NCBI RefSeq assembly: GCF_044704955.1
Contig: NC_091980.1
Span: 128,340,001 to 128,404,000, forward strand
Origin: Pristiophorus japonicus
Taxonomy: Eukaryota
DNA length: 64,000 nt
Direction of reading: 5' to 3'
A program made the position numbers and the translations under genes. Numbering within the stretch: position 1 is the first letter of the stretch; each line of letters starts with the position of its first letter. Below, piece after piece: positions 1 through 14,510 of this stretch. The notes below the pieces were generated by a model, which ran no database searches, was not told where the DNA came from, and saw only the letters and a list, made by a program, of their open reading frames with translations.

Positions 1-3000
1 TACAAACGAAATATGGATGAATACATGGTTTGGCCAGCCATTTGCGATGTAATCATACAACTGGGACACATTTGGTTGCTCTACCAGTCTCTTCAGCTGT
101 GAATTTCACTTCATCATTGTGTACAGACCTCCAAACAATAGTAGTGATGTTGGAGAGGGCATCAAACAGGAAATTAGGGGTGCATGCAATAAAGGTGCAG
201 CTATTATAATGGGTGACTTTAATATGCACATAGATTGGGCTAGCCAAACTGGAAGCAATACGGTGGAGGAGGATTTTCTGGAGTGCATAAGGGATGGTTT
301 TCTAGACCAATATGTCGAGGAACCAAGTTGGGGGGAGGCGATCTTAGGCTGGGTGTTGTGTAATGAGAGAGGATTAATTAGCAATCTCATTGTGTGAGGC
401 CCCTTGGGGAATAGTGACCATAATATGTTGGAATTCTGCATTAGGATGGAGAATGAAACAGTTAATTCAGAGACCATGGTCCAGAACTTAAAGAAGGGTA
501 ACTTTGAAGGTATGAGGCATGAATTGGCTAGGATAGATTGGCGAATGATACTTAAGGGGTTGACTGTGGATGGGCAATGGCAGACATTTAGAGACCGCAT
601 GGATGAATTACAACAATTGTACATTCCTGTCTGGCGTAAAAATAAAAAAGGGAAGGTGGCTCAACCGTGGCTATCTAGGGAAATCAGGGATAGTATTAAA
701 GCCAAGGAAGTGGCATACAAATTGGCCAGAAATAGCAGCGAACCTGGGGACTGGGAGAAATTTAGAACTCAGCAGAGGAGGACAAAGGGTTTGATTAGGG
801 CAGGGAAAATGTAGTACGAGAAGAATCTTGCAGGGAACATAAAGGTGGATTGCAAAAGTTTCTATAGGTATGTAAAGAGAAAAAGGTTAGTAAAGACAAA
901 CGTAGGTCCCCTGCAGTCAGAATCAGGGGAAGTCAATACGGGGAACAAAGAAATGGCAGACCAATTGAACAAGTACTTTGGTTCGGTATACACTAAGGAG
1001 GACACAAACAACCTTCCGGATATAAAAGGGGTCAGAGGGTCTCGTAAGGAGGAGGAACTGAGGGAAATCCTTATTAGTCGGGAAATTGTGTTGGGGAAAT
1101 TGATGGGATTGAAGGCCGATAAATCCCCAGGGCCTGATGGACTGCATCCCAGAGTACTTAAGGAGGTGGCCTTGGAAATAGCGGATGCATTGACAGTCAT
1201 TTTCCAACATTCCATTGACTCTGGATCAGTTCCTATCGAGTGGAGGGTAGCCAATGTAACCCCACTTTTTAAAAAAGGAGGGAGAGAGAAAGCAGGGAAT
1301 TATAGACCGGTCAGCCTGACCTCAGTAGTGGGCAAAATGATGGAATCAATTATTAAGGATGTCATAGCAGCGCATTTGGAAAATGGTGACATGATAGGTC
1401 CAAGTCAGCATGGATTTGTGAAAGGGAAATCATGCTTGACAAATCTTCTGGAATTTTTTGAGGATGTTTCCAGTAAAGTGGACAAAGGAGATCCAGTTGA
1501 TGTGGTATATTTGGACTTTTAGAAGGCTTTCGACAAGGTCCCACACAAGAGATTAATGTGCAAAGTTAAATCACATGGGATTGGGGGTAGTGTGCTGACA
1601 TGGATTGAGAACTGGTTGTCAGACAGGAAGCAAAGAGTAGGAGTAAATGGGTACTTTTCAGAATGGCAGGCAGTGACTAGTGGGGTACCGCAAGGTTCTG
1701 TGCTGGGGCCCCAGCTGTTTACATTGTACATTAATGATTTAGATGAGGGGATTAAATGTAGTATCTTCAAATTGCGGATGACACTAAGTTGGGTGGCAGT
1801 GTGAACTGCGAGGAGGATGCTATGAGGCTGCAGAGTGACTTGGATAGGTTAGGTGCGTGGGCAAATGCATGGCAGATGAAGTATAATGTGGATAAATGTG
1901 AGGTTATCCACTTCGGTGGTAAAAACAGAGAGACAGACTATTATCTGAATGGTGACAGATTAGGAAAAGGGAAGGTGCAACGAGACTGGGTGTCATGGTA
2001 CATCAGTCATTGAACGTTGGCATGCAGGTACAGCAGGCGGTTAAGAAAGCAAATGGCATGTTGGCCTTCATAGCGAGGGGATTTGAGTACAGGGGAAGAG
2101 AGGTGTTGCTACAGTTGTAAAGGGCCTTGGTGAGGCCACACCTGGAGTATTGTGTGCAATTTTGGTCTCCTAACTTGAAGAAGGACATTCTTGCTATTGA
2201 GCGAGTGCAGCGAAGATTCACCAGACTAATTCCCGGGATGGTGGGACTGACCTATCAAGAAAGACTGGATCAACTGGGCTTGTATTCACTGGAGTTCAGA
2301 AGAATGAGAGGGGACCTCATAGAAACGTTTAAAATTCTGACGGGTTTAGACAGGTTAGATGCAGGAAGAATGATCCCAATGTTGGGGATGTCCAGAACCA
2401 GGGGTCACAGTCTGAGGATAAAGGGTAAGCCATTTAGGACCGAGATGAGGAGAAACTTCTTCACCCAGTGAGTGGTGAACCTGTGGAATTCTCTACCACA
2501 GAAAGTAGTTGAGGCCAATTCACTAAATATATTCAAAAGGGAGTTAGATGAAGTCCTTACTACTCGGGGGAATCAAGGGGTATGGCGAGAAAGCAGGAAG
2601 GGGGTACTGAAGTTTCATGTTCAGCCATGAACTCATTGAATGGCGGTGCAGGCTAGAAGGGCTGAATGGCCTGCTCCTGCACCTATTTTCTATGTTTCTA
2701 TGAAATATAGAACACTTCTTCCCTATTGGCTGTAACTTCTGATGGGGAAGGCAATCTAGACATAGCATCAGCACGATTGTGATCAGCTGATCGTCTGTAT
2801 TCAATGTCATACATATCTGCTGACAGAATAAAAGCCCATCTCTGCATTCGGGCTGCAGCTAAGGTTGGAATTGGGGACTTTGGATGGAGGATCACTATCA
2901 GAGGCTTATGGTCTGTAACAATGCTAAACTTACGAACATATAAGTATTTGTGGCGCTTCTTGACACCAGAAATTAATGCCAAAACTTCCCTTTCGATTTA

Positions 3001-5529
3001 GCGCATATTTACGCTCACTGGCACAAAGAAAGCATGAAGCAAAAGCAATTGGTCTCTCCGCCCCACTGTGTAGTACATGAGAGATCACTGTCCAAATTCC
3101 ATACTGAGAGGCATCACATGCCCATTTGATCTCCTTAGATACGGCATAGTGAGCTAACAGCTCATTCAGTGGATGTAACACTGTAGCCAAATTTGGTACG
3201 AACTTCCCATAATAGTTCAAAAGACCCAAAAATGATCGCAGTTCAGTGACATTCTTGGGAGTGGGTGCATTTCTAATTGCATCCAGCTTTCCCTTGGTTT
3301 CATATAAACCATCTTTGTCAACTCTGTGCCCTAAGTGCACCACTGAGTTTTGAAATAACTCACACTTGTGCGCAGTCACTGGTACTCTGTGCTTCTCTAG
3401 CCATTTGAGCACTTCATCAATACGTTATTATAGATTTGCCTGTTTATTGCTGAAATGAGTATGTCATCTTAATAACATACTACCTCTTCAATGCCTTGCA
3501 AAATCTGGTTTATCACTCCTTGGAATGTGGTGGGGTCAGAAGACACTCCAAATGGTAGCCTATTAAATTGATCTAGGCCTAGATGAGTATTTATAATCAA
3601 CTATGACTTGGACTCCTCATCGAGTTCACGTTGTATGTAGGCATTTGTGAGATCTAACTTTGAGAAGATCTGATCATCTGTCAGCATTGTGAACAAATCT
3701 TCTACATTTGGCAATGAATTTGGGAGCTTACCCTCGAGAACCTGGTTTACCGTTACTTTATAATCACCACACAACCTCACCTTACCATCTGACTTAGGTA
3801 GAACAACAATGGTGTAGCCCAATTACATAGATCTACCTTTGAGATAATGGTCTCAGTTTCTTGTCTTTTGAGTTCTTGCTCAACTTTCTCCTTGAGTGCA
3901 TATGGTACGGGACATAGTTTGCAGTAAACTGGTCTAGCATCCTTCTGTACCCTGACACTTGCCTTGAGATCATGGATCGGACTGCCTGTTTCACTAAACA
4001 CCTTCCTTGAATGCAAATCTCGTTTCAACAAGAAAAATCTCATTCCAATCCAGCTTCAGTGATCCCAACCAATTTCTACCTAGTAAGGCAGGCTTGTCTC
4101 CTGCCTCTACAAATAGAGGGAAGCTCTGAAATTGATCCTTGTATTTCACCGGTATGTTGATACGTCCTACCACAGGGATTTTCTCTCCTGATTAGCCTTG
4201 CAGCTCTATCTTTGACTGTGGAAAATCACTCAACTTGTCAAGATTTAGCGATTCCGGTACTACACTCACGGATTCACCAGTGTCAATTTCCATGGGTATC
4301 CTGGTTCCGACAATGTCTACTTGGATGAGGATACTTCCCGAGTCGCTGTTAAATATCCTCATGCCCCTGATGACATGTATCTCTTCATCCTGTTGCTTTT
4401 CTTCAATTCTCTGTCGTCTGTGGGGATTTTTACTTATAGCCTTGAAAGTTGACATACTCTTCAATCAGCATGCCTTTGCAAGATGCACAGTTTTCTTGCA
4501 GAAGAAAAACTCTGCCTTCACATACAGACAACTTTGATCAATGTGTTGTCCCAGGCACTGATAGCACTACTTCAATGACCAATTGCTGAGGCGTTGGGGA
4601 CCAACTGCCTTTCACTTTTAACCTGTAAGTGTTTCACCCTCAGTTGTCCGACGACTGGAAATGGAATGAAATTCATGGGAATATTGGCTGGCCATATTTT
4701 TGACATAGCTGTCTGACAAGTTAGGGGTTGTCAACAACTTTCTTCTGATCACTTCATTTTTCATCCCACAAACAAAGTGGTAACGCAATCCTCGGCCCTG
4801 AAAGTTTCTGAAATGACAGTAAATGGATAGCTTTTTTAATGCTACAATGTATTCACTGATACTTTCGTCAATGAATTGATCTTGTTTCCCAAAACGGTAA
4901 CTTTCAGAAATTTCCAGTGGCTCTGGACTGTAGTGCTAATCTCCGTAAGTGATACATCATTTGACTTGACGGGAAGAAGCAAAATTTTCAGGGTTTCATA
5001 CACCTCAGGGCTTGCTTCAGTCAGGAAAATATCCTGTTTTCTTTCTAAAACAACCCGGTTATGGTTTTCATCCTCGAGGACTTCGATGATAATATTTGCA
5101 GTAAAAAAAACATTTCTAGCCGCTCCACATACACTCCAAAAGTCTCTCGGTCTTGATGGAATTCACCCAAGTGCCCTATTATTCCCATAGGCGCATCCAT
5201 CTGGACTCTTCATTGCAGCCTAGTGTGCTTGTAATTTACCTTGTGCGTTTAGCTGTTAACACAAAGGACCGCTCTAGTCTCTCTGCTGTTTGGCTTAAAT
5301 CATCCACCAACAAAAATTTCTGCTAGGATATCCAGGAATCTGATCCTTCATCGCCAATGTGGTATATTCTCTACAACAAGATAAACACACACTGGCAAGA
5401 TGGTTCAACACAGGGACTTGTCAGGTGATCTGTCACCTGATGCTTTTATTGTATTTCCAGCAATGGCTGCATTACCACAGTAGTCCACTAGGTGGAGCAG
5501 TAGTCCACTAGATGGAGCTCTTTATTCCA
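1..5529 (-). mobile_element. Degenerate Gypsy/Ty3 LTR retrotransposon (gag-protease-RT-RNaseH), 5' LTR 5358-5529; interrupted by a CR1 at 118-2699 and running off the left edge
   Basis: Minus-strand ORF fragments with Gypsy motifs (MEIDTG protease, RLCGDYKVTVN, FSKLDLTNAY, ELRSFLGLLNYYGKF, ACDAS, TDHKPL). PBS-like TGGCGATGAAG next to the LTR. Mirror copy of 51962-54925. Confidence 0.9.
118..2699 (+). mobile_element. CR1-clade LINE, 5'-truncated ORF2 (end of APE plus RT) with 3' tail; disrupted by stops and frameshifts
   Basis: [49 protein letters not shown] motifs; (ttctatgt)n-type tail at ~2685-2700. The Gypsy sequence is contiguous across this site in the mirror arm (~54790-54800). Confidence 0.93.
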
Positions 5530-6910
5530 ACCTCAGTTGTGGGAAAGTTATTGGAAAAATTCCTAAGGGACAAGATAAATCTTCACTTGGAAAGACATGG
5601 ATTAATCAAGGACAGTCAGCGTGGTTTTTTTTAAGGGAAGGTCGTGTCTGTAACTTGATTTAATTTTTCGAGGAGATAACCAGGAGGGTCGATGAGGGTA
5701 GTGCATATGATATGGTGTATATGGATTTTAGCAAAGTTTTTGATAAGGTCCCACGTGGCAGATTGATCGTGAAAGTAAAAACCCATGTGATCCAGGGCAA
5801 AGAGGCAAGTTGTATCCAAAATTGGCTCAGAGGCAGGAAACAAAGGCTGATGGTTGTAAGGTTACTAATCTTCAGAAAAACACAGACCATGAACTAAAAA
5901 TTGATTGACCAAGCTTTTTGAATTAAGCTGGACAATTGAGAACATTCTGTGGTCAAGGACATAAAACTAACTTCATGCATAACAACAATGGAGTTGTTAC
6001 GTGATGCTTTGAACTTGATTAACCAAGGTGGGGAAACAGCCACTGGAGACATCGAGTCTGTAAAAAGACCGGACAACAAAGGACCCCACGGAATGTTAGT
6101 CAAAACCTAGAAAAATATGCGAGCAAAAAGCAGCTCACAAGAAGGAGGACAGGCAACTGAAGAAGGACAGGCAACAGAAGACGGACAGGCAACACAAGAA
6201 GCAGCAGAAAAGGAACAGAAACTGCAGAGAAAAGTTGGAAGAAGAAACAGCAGTCCATGGAATCAAGGACCACGAATCTTTGGTGATTTTATGTCTAGTC
6301 CTGTAGTTTTAGTTGATTTTTGTTGCATAATAAAACTGACACTGGGTTAAGCCTAAAATGTTGTTTCACATGTTGTCCTTTCCCACGATAAGTTCCGAGG
6401 TCTAGGAATCAGAATAGAGTTAAAAACAAACACCCTACATGGTTGATGGGTGTTTTTGTGACTGGAAGGCTGTATCCAGTGGGGTTCTGCAGGGCTCAGT
6501 GCTGGGTCCCTTGCTTTTTGTGGCATATATCAGTGACTTGGACTTGAATGTTGGGGGTATGATTAAAAAGTTTTCAAATTCAACTAAAATAGGCTGTGTG
6601 GTTGATAATGCAGAAGAAAGCTGCAGACTGCAGGAAGTTATCAATGTACTGGTCAGGTGAGCAGAACAGTGGGAAATGGAATTCAATACAGATAAGTGTG
6701 AAGTAATGCATTAATGGAGGTCTAACAAGGGAGGGAATTCACTTTAAAGATACAACACTGAAAAGTGTAGAGGAAAATTGGGACCTAGGAGTGCAGGTCC
6801 ACAGATCCCTGAGGTAGCAGACCAGTTGGATAAGGTGGTTAAGAATGCATATGGAATATTTGCCTTTAATAGTGGAGGTGTGGAATACAAGAGCAAGGAG
6901 GTTATGCTTG
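5530..6910 (+). mobile_element. Old CR1 LINE fragment, interrupted by a solo LTR and hosting the Gypsy insertion
   Basis: VYMDFSKVFDKVP and SGVLQGSVLGPLLF RT motifs. The mirror fragments lie at 50790-51961 and 56488-~56620. Confidence 0.85.
5855..6439 (+). mobile_element. Solo LTR (TGTA...TACA ends, 4-bp TSD TGGT)
   Basis: Begins TGTAAGG and ends CCCTACA, with TGGT on both sides inside CR1. Has AATAAA and internal GAAGGACAGGCAAC repeats. The mirror copy at 50898-51637 is ~150 bp longer. Confidence 0.75.
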
Positions 6911-7125
6911 AACCTCTTTGCCAAGGGCGTGCTGTTACAGTACAGAGTCTGCACTTTCTGAATAGACAACCCCCAAGAATTACTTCTGAAAGTCTTTCTA
7001 TTTTGGGAACACAGGAAAGTGTTCCCTGAAGCAAGTATTGAACAAAGCACAAGGAACATCGGATGAGGCCTCACTAAATTTATGTATCGTGTGGAAAGGA
7101 AAAATTGGTAACATAGTTGGGTATA

Positions 7126-8570
7126 AGAACATAAGAATTTAAGAATTAGGAACAGGAGTAGGCCATCTAGCCCCTTGAGACTGCTCCGCCATTCAACAAG
7201 ATCATGGCTGATCTGGCCGTGGACTCACTCCATTTACCCGCCTGCTCCCCGTAACCCTTAATTCCCTTATTGGTTAAAAATCTATCTATCTATGACTTGA
7301 ATACGTTCAATGAGCTAGCCTCAACTGCTTTCTTGGGCAGAAAATTCTACAGATTCACAACCCTCTGGGAGAAGAAATTCCTTCTCAACTCGGTTTTAAA
7401 TTGGCTCCCCCGTATTTTGAGGCTGTGCCCCCTAGCTCTAGTCACCCCGACTAGTGGAAACAACCTCTCTGCCTCTATCTTGTCTATCCCTTTCATTATT
7501 TTAAATGTTTCTATAAGATCACCCCTCATCCTTCTGAACTCCAACGAGTAAAGACCCAGTCTACTCAATCTATCATCATAAGGTAAACCCCTCATCTCCG
7601 GAATCAGCCGAGTGAATCGTCTCTGTACCCCCTCCAAAGCTAGTATATCCTTCCTTAAGTAAGGTGACCAAAACTGCATGCAGTACTCCAGGTGCGGCCT
7701 CAACAATGCCCTATACAGTTGCAGAAGGACCTCCCTGCTTTTGTACTCCATCCCTTTCGCAATGAAGGCCAACATTCCATTCGCCTTCCTGATTACCTGC
7801 TGCACCTGCAAACTAACTTTTTGGGATTCATGCACAAGGACCCCCAGGTCCCTCTGCACCGCAGCATGTTGTAATTTCTCCCCATTCAAATAATATTCCC
7901 TTTTACTGTTTTTTTTCCCAAGGTGGATGACCTCACACTTTCCAACATTGTATTCCATCTGCCAAACTTTAGCCCATTCGCTTAACCTATCTAAATCTCT
8001 TTGCAGCCTCTCTGTGTCCTCGACACAACCTGCTTTCCCACTAATCTTTGTGTCATCTGCAAATTTTGTTGCACTACACTCTGTCCCCGCTTCCAGGTCA
8101 TCCATGTATATTGTAAACAGTTGTGGTCCCAGCACCGATCCCTGTGGCACACCACTAACCACCGATTTCCAACCCGAAAAGGACCCATTTATCCCGACTC
8201 TCTGCTTTCTGTTAGTCAGCCAACTCTCTATCCAGGCTAATACATTTCCTCTGACTCCGCGTACGTTTATCTTCTGCAGGAACCTTTTGTGTGGCACCTT
8301 ATCGAATGTCTTTTGGAAATCTAAATACACCACATCCATCGGTACACCTCTATCCACCATGCTCGTTATATCCTCAAAGAATTCCAGCAAATTAGTTAAA
8401 CATGATTTCCCCTTCATGAATCCATGCTGCGTCTGCTTGATTGCACTATTCCTATCTAGATGTCCCGCTATTTCTTCCTTAATGATAGTTTCAAGCATTT
8501 TCCCCACTACAGATGTTAAGCTAACCGGCCTATAGTTGCCTGCCTTTTGTCTGCCCCCTTTTTTAAACAG
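7126..8570 (-). mobile_element. Young 5'-truncated CR1 LINE (open RT C-terminal ORF 7347-8507)
   Basis: 386-aa ORF with [32 protein letters not shown]; tail repeat at ~7126-7145; absent from the mirror arm. Confidence 0.93.
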
Positions 8571-8871
8571 CTAACATATACTGCTAATATATACACTGAA
8601 CATAACTGCCAGCCTTTGTGAACTAGACCAATTTCCATAGCGACTGAAAAAAGGAGATTCAGCCTTTTTTCAAGCTGTATGTTAGGGATACAATAGTGCA
8701 GTGGTTACGTTACTGGACTAGTAATCCAGAGGCCTGGACCAATAATACACGGAATGTGAGTTCAAATCCCACCTTCATTTGGATTCAGTTTAAAATTTAA
8801 AACAAACTAATATCAGTAACCATGGACTTTTAGGAATGTTGTCAAGATACAACTGGCTCACTAATTTCCTT
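7827..8871 (+). repeat. Direct repeat copy A (~1045 bp) flanking the Tx1 element
   Basis: TTCATGCACAAGG...CTCACTAATTTCCTT recurs at 14511-15555 with about 2% substitutions. Confidence 0.93.
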
Positions 8872-11800
8872 CCGGACGGCGTGCGGTGCCATGCCTGTCG
8901 GGAGGTGGGGCACGTTCGCAAGAACTGCCCCGCCTCCAAAGCCGCCAAACCACCGAAGGCAGCCAAGGCTGGTGCCGCCGCCACCCCTCCCCCTAGTAGC
9001 ATCCGCGTGCCGGGAGCTGTGGGTGCGCCGGCATCGTCGGGGGCCTTTGTTTTCACGGCCTCCGGCGGGGGGGAGGGAGAGCGTCCGACCGGAAAGAAGG
9101 CGCGGAAGAAGACAAAACATCTAGAGGCGGGTCCCCTCGATGCGCCAGATAATCTGTTTACCGCGCTCGGCCCAACCCCGTCACCGGCGAGCGCGGGGTA
9201 CCCTGAGCCCGTGCCCGGGCCCTTGACCAGTATCACAGAGGGGCTCGGGCGCGGGCAAGACAAGAAAAAGGGGTGAGTGGAACGGGAGGCCTTGGCAAAC
9301 ATGGAGGTCTCCCTGCCTCCACGCACCCCCAGGAACAAAAGAAGGCGCCACTCCAATGAGGCGGAGGGGGAACAACATCCCTCCGCGGAGGAGTCGGTGC
9401 CCGCCGCCTGTCCCGCGTCCCCCACCGGCGCCCCCAAACCGCGCCGTAGGCGCGAGGAATCTGTCCCCGGGGAGGGTGAGGCACTCGAGGCTGCCCAGCT
9501 GCTGCCTCCTGGGGATGGTGTGAAAGATCTGCCTGTCGTGGGAGGCGTGGGGCCAGCGGAGGAATGCATTGCTGCCGGGTCGAGTGTCCCGGGGACTGAG
9601 GCGGGCGGGGCCGAAAAGGCCGAACCCGAGCCCGCCCAGCCAATATCCAACTTCCCCCGGGACTTGCTCGACCCGGCAGAAATACAAAGTATTAGCAATT
9701 TTAATGAATCTGTACACGCTGGGCCGGGGGGTGGCGGCGGGGAAGGGGAAGAACAACAACCCTCGCCCCCTACTTTGGGGCTGGGGGACTTGGAGGACCT
9801 GGTACATTTCTTTGACCAGGTCTCTCCGTGTTCCCCGGTTCCTGGGGCGGAGGAGGAACCCCTTCCACTGTCGCTTCCCGACCCAGCACCAATTCTAAAA
9901 GAGACCAGTGGGGACTCCTCTGCCGACGATCCTGGGGGTGGGATCGGGGCAGAGCCAGGGACGGATGGAGCGGCCGGGCCGTTTGCCGTACCTCGTGCGG
10001 TCGACGGGCCGGCTATTAGCGGCGACCTCCCGGAGGAGGACGGGGACTCGGTGGAGGACGCGGGTGAAGATCTCGAGTCCATCGCCAGTGAGGTGGTGGA
10101 TCTCCTCGTGCCCGCCGCTGAGTCCCCCCTCATTCCCGTAGAGGATCTCCGGGACTTTTTGGTCGAGAGCCAGGGTCGCCGCAACCGAGCTCATCTGGCA
10201 CGGGAAAGATGGTCCGAGCCGGGGCTGCTCATCGCTTCCGTCCGTGCCGCCGCTAAAACCATGGCCGCGGGCGGGCCCTTGACAAAGGCACAATACCTTG
10301 AGCTGCGCGAGCTCGAGGGACTCCTCGCTGGGCTGCGGAGGGAGTGGAGGTCAACAAAAGACTCCGCTCCCTCCCCCACAATAGGTTAAGGTAGAGGTTA
10401 CACTATGCTTTTGCCATGAAGATAACCATAGCCAGCCTCAACATCAACGGCGGCAGAGGGGCACGCCGTAGATTTAACAATTTTTCTCTCCTGCGGGAGG
10501 GGAAATATGCGGTGTGCTTCCTGCAAGAAACCCACACCGTTCTGGGAGACGAAGCCACGTGGCTCCTGGAATGGCAAGGAGAGGTCCGCATGAGCCACCT
10601 CACCGCCATTTCTAGTGGGGTGGCCATCTTGCTGGGCCCGCATTTTCAGCCGGAGATCTTGGGGGTCGAGGAGCCCGTGCCAGGCCGCTTGCTGCACGTA
10701 ACGGTTCACCTGGGGGACGTGCCGCTCCATCTCGTGAACGTGTACGCCCCTCAGCCCGGCCCGCAGCAAGCGCGCTTCTACGAAGAAGTGTCCGCTCTTC
10801 TTGGCTCCGTCGACGTCGGCGACTGCATTGTCCTCGGGGGGGATTTTAACTGCACCCTCGAGGCGAGGGACCGCTCCAGTGCCCCGCAGAGCATGACGGC
10901 GATCGAGAAGTTGAGGGACCTGGTCGGGTCCTTCGACTTGGTGGACGTCTGGCGAAATCTCCACCCCGACTCCAGCGCCTTTACTTGGGTGAGGCCTGGA
11001 GTAGGATGGTCCAGAGTCGACCGCCTTTACGTGTCTCGGGCGTACGTTTCCTGCGTCCCGGCGGCCTCCATGCGGCCGGTGCCGTGTTCGGACCACCACC
11101 TGGTGTGGGCGGAGCTCGCTTCGCTCCGCGCGAGGACGGGGTCCGCGTACTGGCACTTTAACAACCGGCTGCTGGAGGACGTGCGGTTCCAGGACTCGTT
11201 CCGTCGATTCTGGGCCGACTGGAGAAGGAAGCAGGGGGGCTTCCCCTCCTTGAGGCTATGGTGGGACGTGGGCAAGGCTCACGTCCGCGTCTTCTGTCAA
11301 GAGTACGCGAGGGGGTCGACCAAGAGGCGGGCTGCCAGGGTCGGGCGCCTAGAAAAAGAGGTGCTCGACCTGTAATCCCGTCTCGGTCAAGTCGTCGAGG
11401 ACCCGGCCCTGCGGACGGTGTACGAAGCTAAGAAGGCCGCGCTGAAGGACCTGCAGCTCGTCGGGTCCCGAGGCGCGTTCGTGAGGTCGCGGATCCGGTT
11501 CCTGCGGGATCTGGACCGCGGCTCCCCCTTCTTCTACTCGCTGGAAAAAAGGCAGAGTGTCCGTAAGCAGCTCTTGACGCTGCTGGCCGACGACGGCTCT
11601 CTCGTCTCGGATCCAGAGGGCGTCAACAACAGGGCCCGTGAATATTACGGGGCTCTGTTCTCTCCGGATCCGTCCAGCGAGGAAGCACGTAGAGTTTTGT
11701 GGGAGGACCTGCCGAAAGTCAGCCCGGAGGGCGGTGAAAATCTGGAAGCTCCGCTAAGCCTGGCAGAGCTGACCGGTGCCCTCGACCGGCTCTCGAGGAG

Positions 11801-14510
11801 AAAAACCCCGGGGCTGGACGGGCTGACCGTGGAGTTCCACAGGGCGTTCTGGGACGTCCTGGGGAGCGACTACGCGCGGGTCCTGGGGGAAAGTCTGGCG
11901 ACAGGTGAGATGCCCCTCTCTTGGCGCAGGGCAGTCATCATCCTGCTGCCTAAGAAGGGCGATCTCCGCCTCCTTAAGAACTGGCGCCCGGTCTCCCTCC
12001 TCAGCACGGACTACAAAATTTTCGCCAGGGCGATGTCTGCTCGCCTTGGTGCCGTGCTGGACCACATGATCCACCCCGACCAGTCCTACACGGTCCCGGG
12101 CCGGACACTCCACGACAACATCCATCTGGTCCGGGACCTCATCCATCATTCCCAGGAGGCTGGTCTGTCGGTCGCCTTCCTATCTCTCGACCAAGAGAAG
12201 GCGTTCGACAGGGTGGATCACGACTATCTGCTCGGAACTCTGCGCGCTTTCGGGTTCGGGACGCATTTCGTCGCCCGGATCCGACTTTTTTACGCCGCCG
12301 CAGAGTGTCTGATTAAGGTTAACGGGTCCTTGACGGCGCCCCTTCTCTTTGGGAGAGGGGTGCGCCAGGGATGCCCCATGTCCGGCCAGTTATACGCCGT
12401 TTGCATGGAGCCTTTCCTGCGCCTCCTGCGGACGAGGTTGACGGGGCTGGCTCTGCAAGGGCCGGGCGTGGAGGTCGTCCTCTCGGCTTACGCCGATGAC
12501 GTGCTCCTCGCGGTAGAGGATCCCGCTGACCTGCGGAGGATGCGTGAGTGCCAGGTGATTTACTCGGCCACGTCCTCCGCCAGGATCAACTGGGAGAAAT
12601 GTTCCGGACTCCTGGTGGGTCAGTGGCGGGTGGACTCCCTGCCGGAGGAGCTCAGGCCTTTTGCCTGGAGCATGACCCATCTCCTCTATCTGGGAGTCTA
12701 CCTTAGCCCCGACGAGGAAGCCTGGCCGGCGAACTGGCAGGAGCTGGAGGCCAAGGTCGCCGCTCGCCTAGGGCGCTGGACAGGACTGCTCCGAGTGCTG
12801 TCCTACAGGGGTCGAGCGCTAGTCATAAACCAGCTGGTGGCCGCAATGTTATGGTACCGGCTGGTCACTTTGACCCCTCCCTCTGTGTTTGTCGCCAAGA
12901 TACAGAAGAAGCTGGTGGACTTCTTCTGGAACAACAGGAAGCACTGGGTCTCTGCCGCGGTATTGAGTCTCCCGCTTGAGGAGGGCGGTCAGTCGTTGGT
13001 GTGCGTCAGCGCCCAGCTCGCGACTTTCCATCTTCAGACCCTGCAGAGATATCTTTACGTCGAGCCCCCTCCTAGGTGGTGTGCTCTGGCGACGTATTTC
13101 TTCCGCCAGCAGCGCGACCTCAATTACGACACGCAGCTCCTGTTTGTGAACTTGGGAGGTGTCAGGACTGCCCTCCAGGAGCTGTCTGTCTTTTACAAGG
13201 AATTCATCAGGGTCTGGAACAAAGTCTCCACCAAGCGCAGCTCTCCCCCGGCTGGAGTGGCAGCCGTCCTGCAGGAGCCGCTGCTCGGGAATCCGTACCT
13301 CCACGACCGAGGTTTATGTGGCGGTCGGAAGAGAGGGCTGTGGCTGGTGAGGTGACCAGGGTCAGGGACCTGCTCGATGGTGGAGGAGCGGGCTGGATGG
13401 CGCCAGGCACGCTGGCGCGGCGCCTAAATTCAGCCAACGTCCGCCGCGCGGCCGAAGCCATCGAGTCGCTAAAAACAGCTTTGGGCCCTGACTCTGTTAG
13501 GTGCATCGAGGAGGCTCAAGCACGTGGGGAGATCCCGTCCGAACTGACCCCCGTCCGGACAGAATTACTCATCGGCGCCAAACCCCGGAACCTCCCTCGG
13601 GGGCCGGCGCCTCACAACTTGAGCCGCCTCGGGGAAATCCCCTCCGTGCCTTTCAGTTCCGCGCGGAGGGGTTTCCTGTACGGGCTGCTCCTGCACACTC
13701 TCAACTTTGTCATCCTCGCCGGCCGTCCGGACACGCCATGGCGTACCATCTTGCCATCCGGAGGAGGCGGGGGTCCCCGATGGAGGGCACTCTATGCGGG
13801 AGTCCTCCCACTATTCATCGGGGACTTGGCCTGGAGGGTGATGCACGGAGCAGTGCCGTGCAACAAATTTTTAAGCCGGTTCACGGACTCCCAGGCTGCC
13901 TGCAATTTCTTTTATTGAGTGCACGAGGTTGCAGCCCCTGTTTTATTATTTAAAGGGGCTGCTCCTGAAATTCTGGCTGCACTGCAGTCCCACTCTCCTG
14001 ATCTTTGGGCACCCTGTGCAGAGGGGAGCGGGTAGATCCGAGGGCCTCCTCGTAGGACTGCTCCTGGGCACGGCCAAGGGTGCCATCAGCCGGTCCAGGC
14101 AGCGGGCGGTCGAGGGGGTCGTTCAACCTGACTGCCTGCCTCTCTTCCGCTCTTACATCCAGTCCAGGGTGTCCTTGGAGATCGAGCACGCGGTGTCCAC
14201 CGGTATGCTCGCGGCCTTCCGCGAGAGGTGGGCACCGGAGGGACTGGAGTGCATCATCACGTCCGGCAACCAAATTTTAATTTGATTTTACATTTTAAAG
14301 TTTAATTTGTTTTAATTGCCGGTGCTTTTAGTGTCCCCCTCCTGTTTTATAGGGGGCACTGGAAGGAAAAAAAATGTGATATTAGTGCCCAAAAAAAAAA
14401 GAATAACACAAAAAAAAACCAAAAAAAGGGCCTTGTAAATGTCTGGTGTGTCATCCAGGTCGGGGGGCACGGATTAATGTTTATGTTTTTCAGGTAAACT
14501 CCAAAAGAGT
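8872..14510 (+). mobile_element. Tx1-clade (L1 group) non-LTR retrotransposon, 5'-truncated in ORF1; ORF2 (APE-RT) 10416-14285 nearly intact
   Basis: ORF1 zinc knuckle CHACREVGHVRKNC. ORF2 motifs SLNING, LQETH, GGDFN, SDH, KTPGLDG, NWRPVSLL, GVRQGCP, YADD. One in-frame stop at 11373, a frameshift near 13310 and a lesion near 13910. Markedly GC-rich relative to the flanks; A-rich 3' UTR. Confidence 0.93.

Noticed and set aside
6117-6350. Gln/Glu-rich ORF duplicated at 50988-51224
   Set aside because: Lies within a solo LTR with purine-rich repeats; the duplication is explained by the inverted arm.
8790-10184. 464-aa minus-strand ORF and other long overlapping ORFs
   Set aside because: Antisense shadows of the GC-rich Tx1 ORFs, with low-complexity translation.
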